The translations under genes were made by a program, and so were the position numbers. A stretch of DNA of 64,000 nucleotides from a virus (lineage: Duplodnaviria > Caudoviricetes): positions 1-64,000 of the IMG/VR virus record IMGVR_UViG_3300027533_000667, one strand, 5' to 3'. This document shows, in pieces, positions 55,863 to 64,000 of this stretch (the stretch's first letter is position 1; the number at the start of each line of letters is the position of its first letter). Below the pieces are notes generated by a model. That model searched no databases, was not told where the DNA came from, and was given only the letters and a program-made list of their open reading frames with translations.

Positions 55863-56381
55863 TTAGACAGTGAATCGTATGTTTCCATTGGTGTCGTCGT
55901 TGTTGACCAAAATGTCCGACCCGTTGGTCGTCAAGTTGCCGGTGAATTCCAAATATACGATCGGCAGCGATGCGCCGTCGTTGGTGATCTCAAATATCAG
56001 CACAAGACTTGCCAAGGTATTGTTCGTGGCTCCGCCAATGGCAGTCCATGTTTTGTCTTCGGGGATGGCGACTACGCGATTGTTTGCCGTTTGTTCTGTA
56101 ATCGTAATCGCAAATGTCAGTCGGTCGGCTCCAGCAAATCCGCCAGTGTAGCCTGTAGCATCAGATTCGCTAGAACTTACATCGTTGACAAAATCATGAT
56201 CGGGATCGTAAGTGTATGCAGATTTGACAAGCATCCCTTTGATAGTAGATGTGTCTAGGTTGTACGATTGAAGAATTAATCCCTCGACGCCATTTGAATA
56301 GCATCCTGCGGCGTGATAAACTTCTGGAAGCAGTAGGTGCTTAAACCCCAAATCCCCATGCAACAAGAATTTGCGTAGCAC
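55863..56381 (-). CDS. Conserved-looking virion structural protein
   Basis: TIKGMLVKSAYTYDPDHDFVNDV...GYTGG...DKTWTAIGG. Confidence 0.65.
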   Translation of the reverse strand: MLRKFLLHGDLGFKHLLLPEVYHAAGCYSNGVEGLILQSYNLDTSTIKGMLVKSAYTYDPDHDFVNDVSSSESDATGYTGGFAGADRLTFAITITEQTANNRVVAIPEDKTWTAIGGATNNTLASLVLIFEITNDGASLPIVYLEFTGNLTTNGSDILVNNDDTNGNIRFTV

Positions 56382-56382
56382 T

Positions 56383-56787
56383 TCAATCTCCTGCCGTTGT
56401 GGCTGTTAAATTTCCGACTTCTAAGTGAGTGCGGAATCTAGCTTCTGTGTATTTCGCCCGCACATGATCTGCCATTTTGCGGGCGGCTTCGTATGGAATG
56501 CTAACCCGTTCGTGTAGTGAGCACTCATCCCCAACCACGGTAAATCGAATGTTGATAAAACCGTCCCAGCTTTTCACTAGGATGTTCCAATCTTGCCCTT
56601 TCACCAATTCGCCACGCCCGCCTGATTGCATCCATGATTCGCAAACGACGCACAACTCTTCTATCTTTTCGGCAAATCGCAAACCATCATCAGGCGAAAG
56701 TAGTAAGTCACGCTTACGCCCACAAAAATCAACAATGACACGATCACGATTGCAGCCGAAGCCCAATTTGACTTGCATGTCTGTCAC
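56383..56787 (-). CDS. Hypothetical protein with internal duplication
   Basis: Two similar halves (LLLSPDDGLRFAEKI / VSIPYEAARKMADHV). Confidence 0.55.
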   Translation of the reverse strand: MTDMQVKLGFGCNRDRVIVDFCGRKRDLLLSPDDGLRFAEKIEELCVVCESWMQSGGRGELVKGQDWNILVKSWDGFINIRFTVVGDECSLHERVSIPYEAARKMADHVRAKYTEARFRTHLEVGNLTATTAGD

Positions 56788-58335
56788 TTATGTAGTGTTT
56801 CGATTAAGCTGAGTCTGTCCATTTCGATTTTGATTCGTTCTATCGGCACTACTGGTTGTACCAGAACTAGGCAATCCGCTACCTTCTTCCCGCCAAATCA
56901 TCTCAGTGAGTGCTTTATATCCTGGCTTCTTAATTTGTACTATGATCTTCGTTGCCAAATCATGCTTCCACTTCAAAACCTCAGTGAGATAAAAGTAGTA
57001 TGGCATGACTTTCTCAGCACCGCTCGTGACGTACTGCAGCAGCGATTGCGTCAACTTGAGAGCGATTTCCGCCTGCTCTGTTTCCTTTAGAGCATTCAAA
57101 TCCTTCCAAGAAATCTTGTACTGTTTTGGTTTCGACAGAACACCGAACATTATCAGACGATCAAGCAATTCACGGCAAAGTTCTGGTTCGGCGACCTGCC
57201 ATTGTCGTTTGGCGATTCTACCATTCCATCGCTTGCCTTCTTCGTCACCTGTAGTTTGGCCAGATTCACTACCGAGCAGAATGCGAACTGGACACCCCAG
57301 CGCCATGGCGATCATCAATAACTGCTGATATACATGCGCTGTTGGATCGGAAATGGTTCCAGTAAGTGCTTTGATCGTGACGCCTTCAACTGCTATGAAT
57401 CTTTGTAGATGATTCAGAAACAGCTGGAACTCTTCGCTTAACTCTTCCTTGTTGATACTTTCAGCATCGAGGAACTCCGGCAACGACTCAACCGAATAAC
57501 CTGGATATCCGCCCTTGTAGAACATCTCGCCGGAACCGGCAAGAATCTTTCTCAGATCACAACATCGATTGATTGTTGTTTGCAGTCTCGGCGTGCCGTA
57601 TATTTCACTCTCTACTTTGTCAGGGGCAAAATGAAGAACTCTCTGCCAATGAACCTTCTCTGGCACAGGCCCTTTTCGCCTGGCTGTCATAGGCGAAGAA
57701 GCAGACTGCTCACCTTCCACGAAAGTAGAATTTGCTGTATCAGTAAAAGTGAAATGATACATTTTGGGTCTGCCAAAACGATCACTATTAGCATCCTCCT
57801 CTATCTCAAAAACCTGAGCATTCTGCTCTGAGAATACCCGGATGAACTTCAAACTGAGTTTTGCCGGTCTGCCTTTGATTTTGTTGCCATCCTCATCAAA
57901 TCCTTCAATTGGCTGATCCAATTCTGCTTCGTCATCGAAACCAAGCAGAAGACAACCATATCGACCGATACCAGCAACCTTATCCAACCTATGAAGATAT
58001 GCCCACAAGTTTATAGTAATCAGCAATTCATCTAGCGATCTTTCAAACTCTGTGGATTCTTCACCTTCCTGTTCGTAAGCATCTGGATAGACCTTCCATG
58101 TCTCATCCGGCAACAGATTAACGATCTGAGTGGCAAACCCTTCTTCGTCAAACCACTGCTTGTAAACTTCGTAAGGAATTGGACGTGATGGATATCCGCA
58201 CTCCGCATTCATGTCGCGGGTTGGCGGATCGAGGAAGTTCCTACCTCCAGCCTGCTCTCGGCTTAGGAAATTACGGATCACTCCCGTAATTGCCCTGCCC
58301 ATCATCTTGTTGAAGATCAGTTTCTGATCTGACAC
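56788..58335 (-). CDS. Portal protein (DUF1073/HI1409-like)
   Basis: 515 aa; LDKVAGIGRYGCLLLG, HWQRVLHF, YGTPRL, GCPVRILLG.ESG. Confidence 0.85.
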   Translation of the reverse strand: MSDQKLIFNKMMGRAITGVIRNFLSREQAGGRNFLDPPTRDMNAECGYPSRPIPYEVYKQWFDEEGFATQIVNLLPDETWKVYPDAYEQEGEESTEFERSLDELLITINLWAYLHRLDKVAGIGRYGCLLLGFDDEAELDQPIEGFDEDGNKIKGRPAKLSLKFIRVFSEQNAQVFEIEEDANSDRFGRPKMYHFTFTDTANSTFVEGEQSASSPMTARRKGPVPEKVHWQRVLHFAPDKVESEIYGTPRLQTTINRCCDLRKILAGSGEMFYKGGYPGYSVESLPEFLDAESINKEELSEEFQLFLNHLQRFIAVEGVTIKALTGTISDPTAHVYQQLLMIAMALGCPVRILLGSESGQTTGDEEGKRWNGRIAKRQWQVAEPELCRELLDRLIMFGVLSKPKQYKISWKDLNALKETEQAEIALKLTQSLLQYVTSGAEKVMPYYFYLTEVLKWKHDLATKIIVQIKKPGYKALTEMIWREEGSGLPSSGTTSSADRTNQNRNGQTQLNRNTT

Positions 58336-58340
58336 AGCAA

Positions 58341-58724
58341 CTATCCTCTTAATTTCTTAACTTCAGCACACACACCGGCAAGTCGATCCTTTTGTTTTGG
58401 ATCGCGTAATTGTGACATTAACTCTATTCGCAACGAATCCCGCTTCTTCGCCGGGATTCGTTTTCGCCGACTGATCCGATCAATCAACCTCTCCACCCGC
58501 TTAGGTCGCTTGATTGCCAACTTTTGAATTGCCTCTTCCGGCGGTGTCTGCTTCGGAAGACATATAGATGCTGCCTGCAAAACCCCGATCAGAAATTGAA
58601 GCAACAAAGCAGCATCTATAGCTAACTTAGCAGACATCTCTCCGGCGGTCTGGCGGGTTTCGGTCATCCTGTCACGATTGAAAAAATTGGAACCTCTCGA
58701 ATCGACTTCACCGCCTCGCGGCAC
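58341..58724 (-). CDS. Hypothetical protein
   Basis: Helical; start uncertain. Confidence 0.55.
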   Translation of the reverse strand: MPRGGEVDSRGSNFFNRDRMTETRQTAGEMSAKLAIDAALLLQFLIGVLQAASICLPKQTPPEEAIQKLAIKRPKRVERLIDRISRRKRIPAKKRDSLRIELMSQLRDPKQKDRLAGVCAEVKKLRG

Positions 58725-58837
58725 TTCGGGCAGAAGCGGTCGCCCGGTTTACCTGACCCGCGAAAGTAGAATTCTCTAACGTGCAACGGCCCGAGGCATC
58801 GCGTCATATCCGCGGCAGCCCCCTTTTGTCCTGCCAT
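58664..58837 (-). CDS. Small zinc-ribbon protein
   Basis: RCLGPLH...RFCPKC; start at MAGQKG. Confidence 0.45.
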   Translation of the reverse strand: MAGQKGAAADMTRCLGPLHVREFYFRGSGKPGDRFCPKCREAVKSIREVPIFSIVTG

Positions 58838-58938
58838 CGGCTTCGCTCCCCGTCTCCGGTCGGGCAAGCCCCGTAGGTGTCTGGCGGTCGGCATCACTCT
58901 CGCTTTCGCCGGACACGCCGGCGGGTTCGTTGCCTTTA

Positions 58939-59601
58939 TCACCCTCCGGACAGGCGGGCCGGCCGCGCTGCCGGACGTGCGGCTTGGCGTCGCACGGGCG
59001 ATGCCATGATCGGCAGGGACAACGCACCTTTCGCGTCGCGGATTTTGACTTGGGCTATTGTTTTGGTCGTTGTGACGCTCGCCCCGTCCACGAATTTCTG
59101 AGCCATCCCCTTATCGATCGCGGCGGCCGTCTCGCCCGTGCAATCGCACATCGACACGAAACGGCCGCCGCCGCTCTTGTCCATGAACAGCAGCCGCGAA
59201 CCTATCGCGTCCGTCTCGTTCCCGAAACCTTTCTCCAGGTAGATCAGTACGGCCTTGTCGACGAATTCATCGGCGAGCAAACGACCGGCGCGACTGGTCA
59301 GGCTGTCCTTGCCCGCGAAGATCATGTACGGCTTGTTGACTTTCTTCGCGGCCGCTTTCCCGTCCGCGATCGTGCGGAACAAATTGGTCCCCGTGGTCAG
59401 ACTCTTGTGGTGCGCGTAGAGGAAATCCGGATCGGCCCACGCGCGGGCCTTGGCTTCCTCGCGAGTCATTTCCGGTTCGTCGTCGCGCGTCCCTTTCTTT
59501 TCGTAGTCCTGCCCGGCCGAGACCCCGGAGAGCGCCAGGACGATCAACAGACTAGCGATCACGACCATCGCCGACAGGAATGTATCGATCAACTTGCTCA
59601 T
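58939..59601 (-). CDS. Exported/membrane-anchored hypothetical protein
   Basis: Hydrophobic N-terminus; GC-rich; R/A-rich tail. Confidence 0.65.
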   Translation of the reverse strand: MSKLIDTFLSAMVVIASLLIVLALSGVSAGQDYEKKGTRDDEPEMTREEAKARAWADPDFLYAHHKSLTTGTNLFRTIADGKAAAKKVNKPYMIFAGKDSLTSRAGRLLADEFVDKAVLIYLEKGFGNETDAIGSRLLFMDKSGGGRFVSMCDCTGETAAAIDKGMAQKFVDGASVTTTKTIAQVKIRDAKGALSLPIMASPVRRQAARPAARPARLSGG

Positions 59602-59629
59602 GATGTTTCTCCGAATGTGAAAAGCGGAC

Positions 59630-60031
59630 TCAGCGGCCGAACAGGAAATCCCTGACCGGCGTCGCCCGGCGCCGTGGCACGACGTAAACGGGAACGTAGG
59701 CCGGCTTGGCGCGAGCGGCCTCGAGAACGACGTAGCGAACGGCCGGCGCTTGTGCCGGAACGTAGCGAATCCGTCGCTCCTCGATCGCTGCCGGCGGCGG
59801 GATATCTTCCTCGATCGTCAGGATGCGCACGCCAGGCGTTCCGGGGATCTCAGTGACGATCCTCCGGGCCGGTGTGCCGGGATACTCTTGGATGTTCGTG
59901 ATTCGCTGGCCGGTGGCTGGCGGGTTCGCGCAGACCAACGACCGGCAAACCAGAACGGCCACAACGGCGAACAAAACAACTCGCATGGTTAGCCTCATTT
60001 CTTCGGGCGAACGGCCGGGCGATCGCTCCAC
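59630..60031 (-). CDS. Exported hypothetical protein
   Basis: Signal peptide then ANPP; duplicated EYPGTPARR / EIPGTPGVR. Confidence 0.55.
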   Translation of the reverse strand: MERSPGRSPEEMRLTMRVVLFAVVAVLVCRSLVCANPPATGQRITNIQEYPGTPARRIVTEIPGTPGVRILTIEEDIPPPAAIEERRIRYVPAQAPAVRYVVLEAARAKPAYVPVYVVPRRRATPVRDFLFGR

Positions 60032-60186
60032 TCTTGGATGCCGATCCGCTTGCCGTCGATCATCTCGTACTCAGTGACCTTCACGACTGCCTTGGCCGGC
60101 GGAGTCGAAACGCCACGGATCGGGCCCGCGTAAATGGCTGGTAGCGGGCCGAACAGCATGATCAGGATCGCGGCAAACTGGATCAT
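59995..60186 (-). CDS. Small exported protein
   Basis: MIQFAAILIMLFGPLPA signal-like N-terminus. Confidence 0.5.
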   Translation of the reverse strand: MIQFAAILIMLFGPLPAIYAGPIRGVSTPPAKAVVKVTEYEMIDGKRIGIQEWSDRPAVRPKK

Positions 60187-60226
60187 GTTCGAGCCTTTCG
60201 AAAAAAAGGGCGATGGGCGAACGGAA

Positions 60227-60607
60227 TCAAGACCGACGAATCACCTTCGGGTTCCTGTTGACTCGCGGCGATACGCCGAACGTCGACGGCCCAGGCTCGT
60301 CGGGAATCACGCGCACGAAATTGATCGACAAAATCTGCGGCTGCGTCGGCCCGGTCGTGTCCGGCGGGGTCAGATCAAAAGACACGGCCGCGCTTGGCGT
60401 GCTCGCGTTGTTCGCTTGATCGTAGTCGACGAGAAACGCGGAGCCGGTCTGCCCGGGGTTTGGGTCCGTGTTGAACAGAACCGCTTGATCCGTCGGGCTG
60501 AGCCCAAGCACGACTTCCTGATTCGGAGTCAAAACGTGCAGTTCTCGTCGCACCGTCGCGTCTTCCGGAACCACCGCCGACATGTCCGCCCGAAATTCCA
60601 GTTTCAT
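60227..60607 (-). CDS. Stand-alone FN3/Ig-like domain protein
   Basis: LVDYDQANNASTPSAAVSF...DTTGPTQPQIL resembles an FN3 C-terminal strand pattern; start at MKLEF. Confidence 0.45.
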   Translation of the reverse strand: MKLEFRADMSAVVPEDATVRRELHVLTPNQEVVLGLSPTDQAVLFNTDPNPGQTGSAFLVDYDQANNASTPSAAVSFDLTPPDTTGPTQPQILSINFVRVIPDEPGPSTFGVSPRVNRNPKVIRRS

Positions 60608-60687
60608 GACGATCCTTGGTTGAGACACGCTCCCAATATTAGGCCGGGCCGGGGAGCAATTGCGCCGGCATTCTTCGTTGTGCATGT

Positions 60688-62418
60688 TTAGCCCGGGTCA
60701 GCGTCTTCGGGATGCTCGATCTCCCACACTTCGTCAAAATGATTCGTGAACATGTTGATTACGAAATTGATATACCCTTGAAGCGTTCTGGAGCCAATGA
60801 AATAGCTCCACATCTGCATTGTAGCCAATGCCGCCGCTACGCCCCTGCGGAATTTTTCCTTTTCTGCTTGCGTTTTTGTCGTTGGAGCCTCGATGACTTT
60901 CGCCAGTTCGTCGAATCCCTCAGGCGTCTTGATTCCCTGATCGCAATAGAACTGTCGGCACGATTTAATCGTTTCATCCGGCGGCGACACTTCCAAAGCA
61001 TTCATATTGATCGTTGTGATCGTTGCAGTCAACGATGCCATGACGACAGGATCACTCTCGAAGATCACCCACAATTTGCTCCACATCGCCGTTTCTGTCA
61101 ACGCATCAAGAAACACAGATGTTGCTTTGATTCGAGGGTATGCCCCGCCGAAAATCTTCAAGAACCCATTCAACTGTTGTAGCAACAGTCTACTTTGCTC
61201 TTTGTCAAGAGCAGCCGCCGCAGTAACATTTTTCGATTTCCCCATGTCACTCTCTCCTGTTATAGAATTAAGAACCACTTGCTCAACCGTCTTCCTGGTC
61301 GGGTCGATCCTAAGCCTAACGTCAAACATCCCCGGTGTTCCGGGATCGGGCGGAAAGGGGGGTTGTGGAGGTTGTGAAGCGAGTTCCGAAACCATCTTCG
61401 CGGTGTCGATCAGTCCAGCACCTGTTCTTTCGTCTGGCCCGGTTGGAACCAAATCAAAAGCAGTGCGACGAAGAATGGCGAGCAACTCAGACTGATTTGG
61501 AATACGGAGTCCTAGCTGCTTAAGCCTACCGCGATAAAGTGCCAAACAACCAGCAATTGCCGGTGTTGCCATTGACGTGCCGCTATAAGTGGCATATCTG
61601 TTGCCGGGAATGGTAGACATGATGCTTACGCCAGGTGCGGCAATATCGTTCTCCCGATGAATGGTGGAGAACGAGGCTCGTTTGTTGCTCTTGTCTGTTG
61701 CTGCTACGGCGATAGACTCAGGCCAATGCCCAGGGTAACTCTCTGCTGGACCACCATCATTACCAGCTGCAATCACAACCCAACATCCTTTACTTATCGC
61801 ATACTGCAGCGCCGGACGAGTGACGGTATCTTTCGACGGTCCACCTAGCGACAATGATATGATGTCAGCTCCCACATCAGCCGCATGACGTATGCCATTC
61901 GCAATCCACCTAGAAGCACCAGACCCTTCATCAGACAGAACTTTAACAGCTACAAGTTTGGCACTAGGCGCAATTCCTATAATGCCATTTCCGTCCGATC
62001 TTGCAGCCACAATCCCAGCGCAGTGCGTGCCGTGTGATTGCTTATCCATGAAACCTGACGACGAGCCAGTGAAATCTTTGCACTTATCAAGTATCACTTG
62101 ATCGGCTAGATCGACATGTTTGTAATCAATGCCAGTATCACAAATAGCGACAATACATCCATTTCCAGTAACGCCGCCATCGTATAGCTGAGATATGCCC
62201 AAATTGGTATGCGACCAATCCCTTGATTCTGCCAAAGCCATCGACAACAACTCACGCCTTAAAGTCATTTCCGGCTCACGCTGATCTGGCGGCAACGTGA
62301 CACGCGCTTCTTCCGGGTCTACATAGCCAGGTGGGAAATCGTTTCGTTGGATAGCTTCTTGTGCTGCAGTCATCATGTCTGGTACGCGATTCATGATTGC
62401 CTGAATGATATCCAGCAT
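60688..62418 (-). CDS. Subtilisin-like S8 serine protease with a 185-aa C-terminal helical extension
   Basis: AICDTGID (Asp), HGTHCAGIVA (His), IAAGNDG (oxyanion Asn), GTSMATP (Ser). Confidence 0.95.
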   Translation of the reverse strand: MLDIIQAIMNRVPDMMTAAQEAIQRNDFPPGYVDPEEARVTLPPDQREPEMTLRRELLSMALAESRDWSHTNLGISQLYDGGVTGNGCIVAICDTGIDYKHVDLADQVILDKCKDFTGSSSGFMDKQSHGTHCAGIVAARSDGNGIIGIAPSAKLVAVKVLSDEGSGASRWIANGIRHAADVGADIISLSLGGPSKDTVTRPALQYAISKGCWVVIAAGNDGGPAESYPGHWPESIAVAATDKSNKRASFSTIHRENDIAAPGVSIMSTIPGNRYATYSGTSMATPAIAGCLALYRGRLKQLGLRIPNQSELLAILRRTAFDLVPTGPDERTGAGLIDTAKMVSELASQPPQPPFPPDPGTPGMFDVRLRIDPTRKTVEQVVLNSITGESDMGKSKNVTAAAALDKEQSRLLLQQLNGFLKIFGGAYPRIKATSVFLDALTETAMWSKLWVIFESDPVVMASLTATITTINMNALEVSPPDETIKSCRQFYCDQGIKTPEGFDELAKVIEAPTTKTQAEKEKFRRGVAAALATMQMWSYFIGSRTLQGYINFVINMFTNHFDEVWEIEHPEDADPG

Positions 62419-62434
62419 CGTTTGTCCTCAAATT

Positions 62435-62608
62435 TTACAGTGCGAATCTATCAAACTCTTCGATTCGCTCGTTCTCGATTTGCTGCCCAGAACCCTGACA
62501 CGATGCACCGCCATCTTCGGTTGTATGTTCGATGAACTTCTTTGGCTCGCCTTCCACTTTGATCCACCTATTGCAAATTGGGCACTGAGCTGCTGGATAT
62601 GACTCCAT
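62435..62608 (-). CDS. Small zinc-finger protein
   Basis: CPIC...H...C; start at MESYP. Confidence 0.5.
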   Translation of the reverse strand: MESYPAAQCPICNRWIKVEGEPKKFIEHTTEDGGASCQGSGQQIENERIEEFDRFAL

Positions 62609-62615
62609 TGGAACC

Positions 62616-62735
62616 TCAAAACACAAATTTGCCAATTAGAATGCCGCCGACTAACATCAGAATCAGACAAACAATGCCTATAGTCAAATACAATCTCTTA
62701 ATATCACGAACCTCTTTTTCACTTGGAGACATCAT
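62616..62735 (-). CDS. 39-aa single-TM protein; not in the track
   Basis: MMSPSEKEVRDIKRLYLTIGIVCLILMLVGGILIGKFVF; TGATG coupling. Confidence 0.5.
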   Translation of the reverse strand: MMSPSEKEVRDIKRLYLTIGIVCLILMLVGGILIGKFVF

Positions 62736-62890
62736 CAGCGAATTCCCACTTTGATCAAGTAAATCCATCGATCAGGAAATACTTCTGTCGCTAGCGACAC
62801 GGCAAAACACACCCATAACAATGCGCCGGTGATGAGCCAATCAAGCAAAGGCAGTCGGTAATCGGATTCGGCGTAGTCGTTGGCTTCCAC
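62735..62890 (-). CDS. 51-aa membrane protein; not in the track
   Basis: GTG start; LPLLDWLITGALLWVCFAVSLA. Confidence 0.45.
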   Translation of the reverse strand: MEANDYAESDYRLPLLDWLITGALLWVCFAVSLATEVFPDRWIYLIKVGIR

Positions 62891-62899
62891 GTCACAAAC

Positions 62900-63229
62900 T
62901 CATTTATCTTCCTTACCCATCACAGCTGCTTTAACTTCCTTCCGTGTCGCCTTAACTTCGGAGCGAACTGCCTTGACCTCATTCGCAGAATCAGCTGCGG
63001 CCTCATGTGCCGAAGTGGCTGCCTTTGCCGCGTCGTCAACGCGCTTTTCGGTCGACTGGATGCGCTTGTCTGCCGATTCGACTTTGCTTTGCGTCCGAAG
63101 GCTCAGGTAGGCGTTGATCGCCTGGGCGCTGAACACCGTCAGGAAGCCGATTGTGGCCAGCCAGACGCGCGTATCGTGCCACGGCTTGACGGGATGAGCG
63201 GTCGGCGGCGTCGGTGATTCGTTATCCAT
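62900..63229 (-). CDS. Single-TM + coiled-coil protein (holin/spanin-like)
   Basis: VWLATIGFLTVFSAQAINAYL followed by heptad-rich coil; GGAG RBS. Confidence 0.55.
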   Translation of the reverse strand: MDNESPTPPTAHPVKPWHDTRVWLATIGFLTVFSAQAINAYLSLRTQSKVESADKRIQSTEKRVDDAAKAATSAHEAAADSANEVKAVRSEVKATRKEVKAAVMGKEDK

Positions 63230-63252
63230 ATAACTCCATTAGTCCGAGAACG

Positions 63253-63408
63253 TCATAGATACCTAACCAGCAGAATAATCAAAATCACGACGAGTAGTAC
63301 GCCGACAATTCCAATCGGACCATTGCCCCACTCTCCTCGACGTGTGCCGACCCACCCACCGCCTATCAACAAAAGAACAAGCAGAACGATCAGAATGATC
63401 TCAAGCAT
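63253..63408 (-). CDS. DUF3309-like two-TM small protein; not in the track
   Basis: MLEIILIVLLVLLLIGGGWVGTRRGEWGNGPIGIVGVLLVVILIILLVRYL. Confidence 0.7.
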   Translation of the reverse strand: MLEIILIVLLVLLLIGGGWVGTRRGEWGNGPIGIVGVLLVVILIILLVRYL

Positions 63409-63488
63409 ATTACTCACCCTCTCATTAGACTCATCACCAGAGCAGCATCACCACGATGAAGATGACCAGTAAGACTAGGAACATAACA

Positions 63489-63968
63489 TTACCTCTTATT
63501 TTCCATCGATTCCTGCTTTTTCTTGTGCTCCTCGTAGACTTCTTGCGCGACTTTCGCCTCGGCGATGTTCGCGGCCGTCGGCTTGTCTTCCGCCGATGCC
63601 TTGCACTTCGCCGCGAACATCCGCTTCTGTTCGAGCATCGCACTGTTGACCAAGGAATGCGTGTCCTCGCTGACCTTCGCCATAGCATCGAGCTTGTTGG
63701 CCGTGGCCTCTGTTGACTCAGCGAGAGACGTCTTCACTTCATTGACCGCTTTTGCCGCCGTTGCTGCCTGAACGCGGACCGCCTCCACCTTTTCAGCGGC
63801 GATTCTCTCGCGCTCGATCTTGGCGTCCTCACGGTCGGACAACCGCTTGCGGTCGGCGTAACTGATCACAAGCGACACCACACTGGTAACGATCCCGCCG
63901 ACGCCTACGCACGAGGCCCCGATGATCACGGCCCAGCCCGTTGCGTCGATTTCGGCGATGATAGTCAT
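63489..63968 (-). CDS. N-terminal TM + coiled-coil protein (holin/spanin-like)
   Basis: GWAVIIGASCVGVGGIVTSVVSLVISY followed by a long A/K/E coil. Confidence 0.55.
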   Translation of the reverse strand: MTIIAEIDATGWAVIIGASCVGVGGIVTSVVSLVISYADRKRLSDREDAKIERERIAAEKVEAVRVQAATAAKAVNEVKTSLAESTEATANKLDAMAKVSEDTHSLVNSAMLEQKRMFAAKCKASAEDKPTAANIAEAKVAQEVYEEHKKKQESMENKR

Positions 63969-64000
63969 TCGCGATGTTCCTTTTTCTTTTTGGCTTCCGC

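Larger units (their letters stand above)
1..64000. mobile_element. Tailed dsDNA bacteriophage genome segment (siphovirus-like), probable Planctomycetota host
   Basis: Dense coupled ORFs; replication block on + strand, head/tail block on - strand; portal, capsid, tape measure and tail chaperone frameshift; no host housekeeping genes; TIGR02996-like domain suggests the host. Confidence 0.95.

Noticed and set aside
56788-58335. Possible anti-CBASS Acb1 label that DUF1073-type proteins sometimes receive
   Set aside because: Length, motifs and position before the head genes indicate a portal; no HxT/HxS 2H-phosphoesterase motifs seen.
1-64000. Alternative genetic code
   Set aside because: Long conserved genes (PolA, DnaB, portal, TMP) are uninterrupted under the standard code; the splits fall at domain boundaries with their own RBS.
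58336-64000. Terminase large subunit expected upstream of the portal
   Set aside because: No Walker A/B or RNase H-like terminase motifs in any ORF; presumably lies beyond the window end.

Overview
The window is part of a tailed dsDNA phage genome (siphovirus-like, HK97-type head) in two convergent blocks. The + strand block (1-36635) is an almost self-sufficient replication/recombination module: sigma-like factor, SNF2 helicase, primase, lambda-O-like initiator in two pieces, DnaB-like helicase, beta clamp and clamp loader, a family A polymerase split into UDG+3'-5' exonuclease and polymerase genes, gp32-like SSB, UvsY, RecA/UvsX, 5'-3' exonuclease, Holliday junction resolvase, a three-piece Rad50 with Mre11, two DNA methyltransferases and a GC-rich cassette of small accessory genes. 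The - strand block (about 36680-63968) holds membrane/lysis-like genes with a subtilisin (S8) protease, portal, a G8/beta-helix putative depolymerase, DUF2213-like head protease, encapsulin-like major capsid, head-tail joining genes, tail tube, frameshifted tail chaperones, tape measure and Cys-rich tail-end proteins. A TIGR02996-type domain and the style of the exported proteins suggest a Planctomycetota host (inference). I recognised no terminase, peptidoglycan hydrolase, integrase, tRNA or CRISPR array. Best leads: (i) a protease-centred lysis-like cassette with an apparent nested start; (ii) four block-charged D/E-versus-K disordered proteins, two sharing an essentially identical DNA block 19 kb apart; (iii) three core replication enzymes split at domain boundaries; (iv) a thyX deletion scar. 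Family assignments come from motif recognition by eye; no database search was run.
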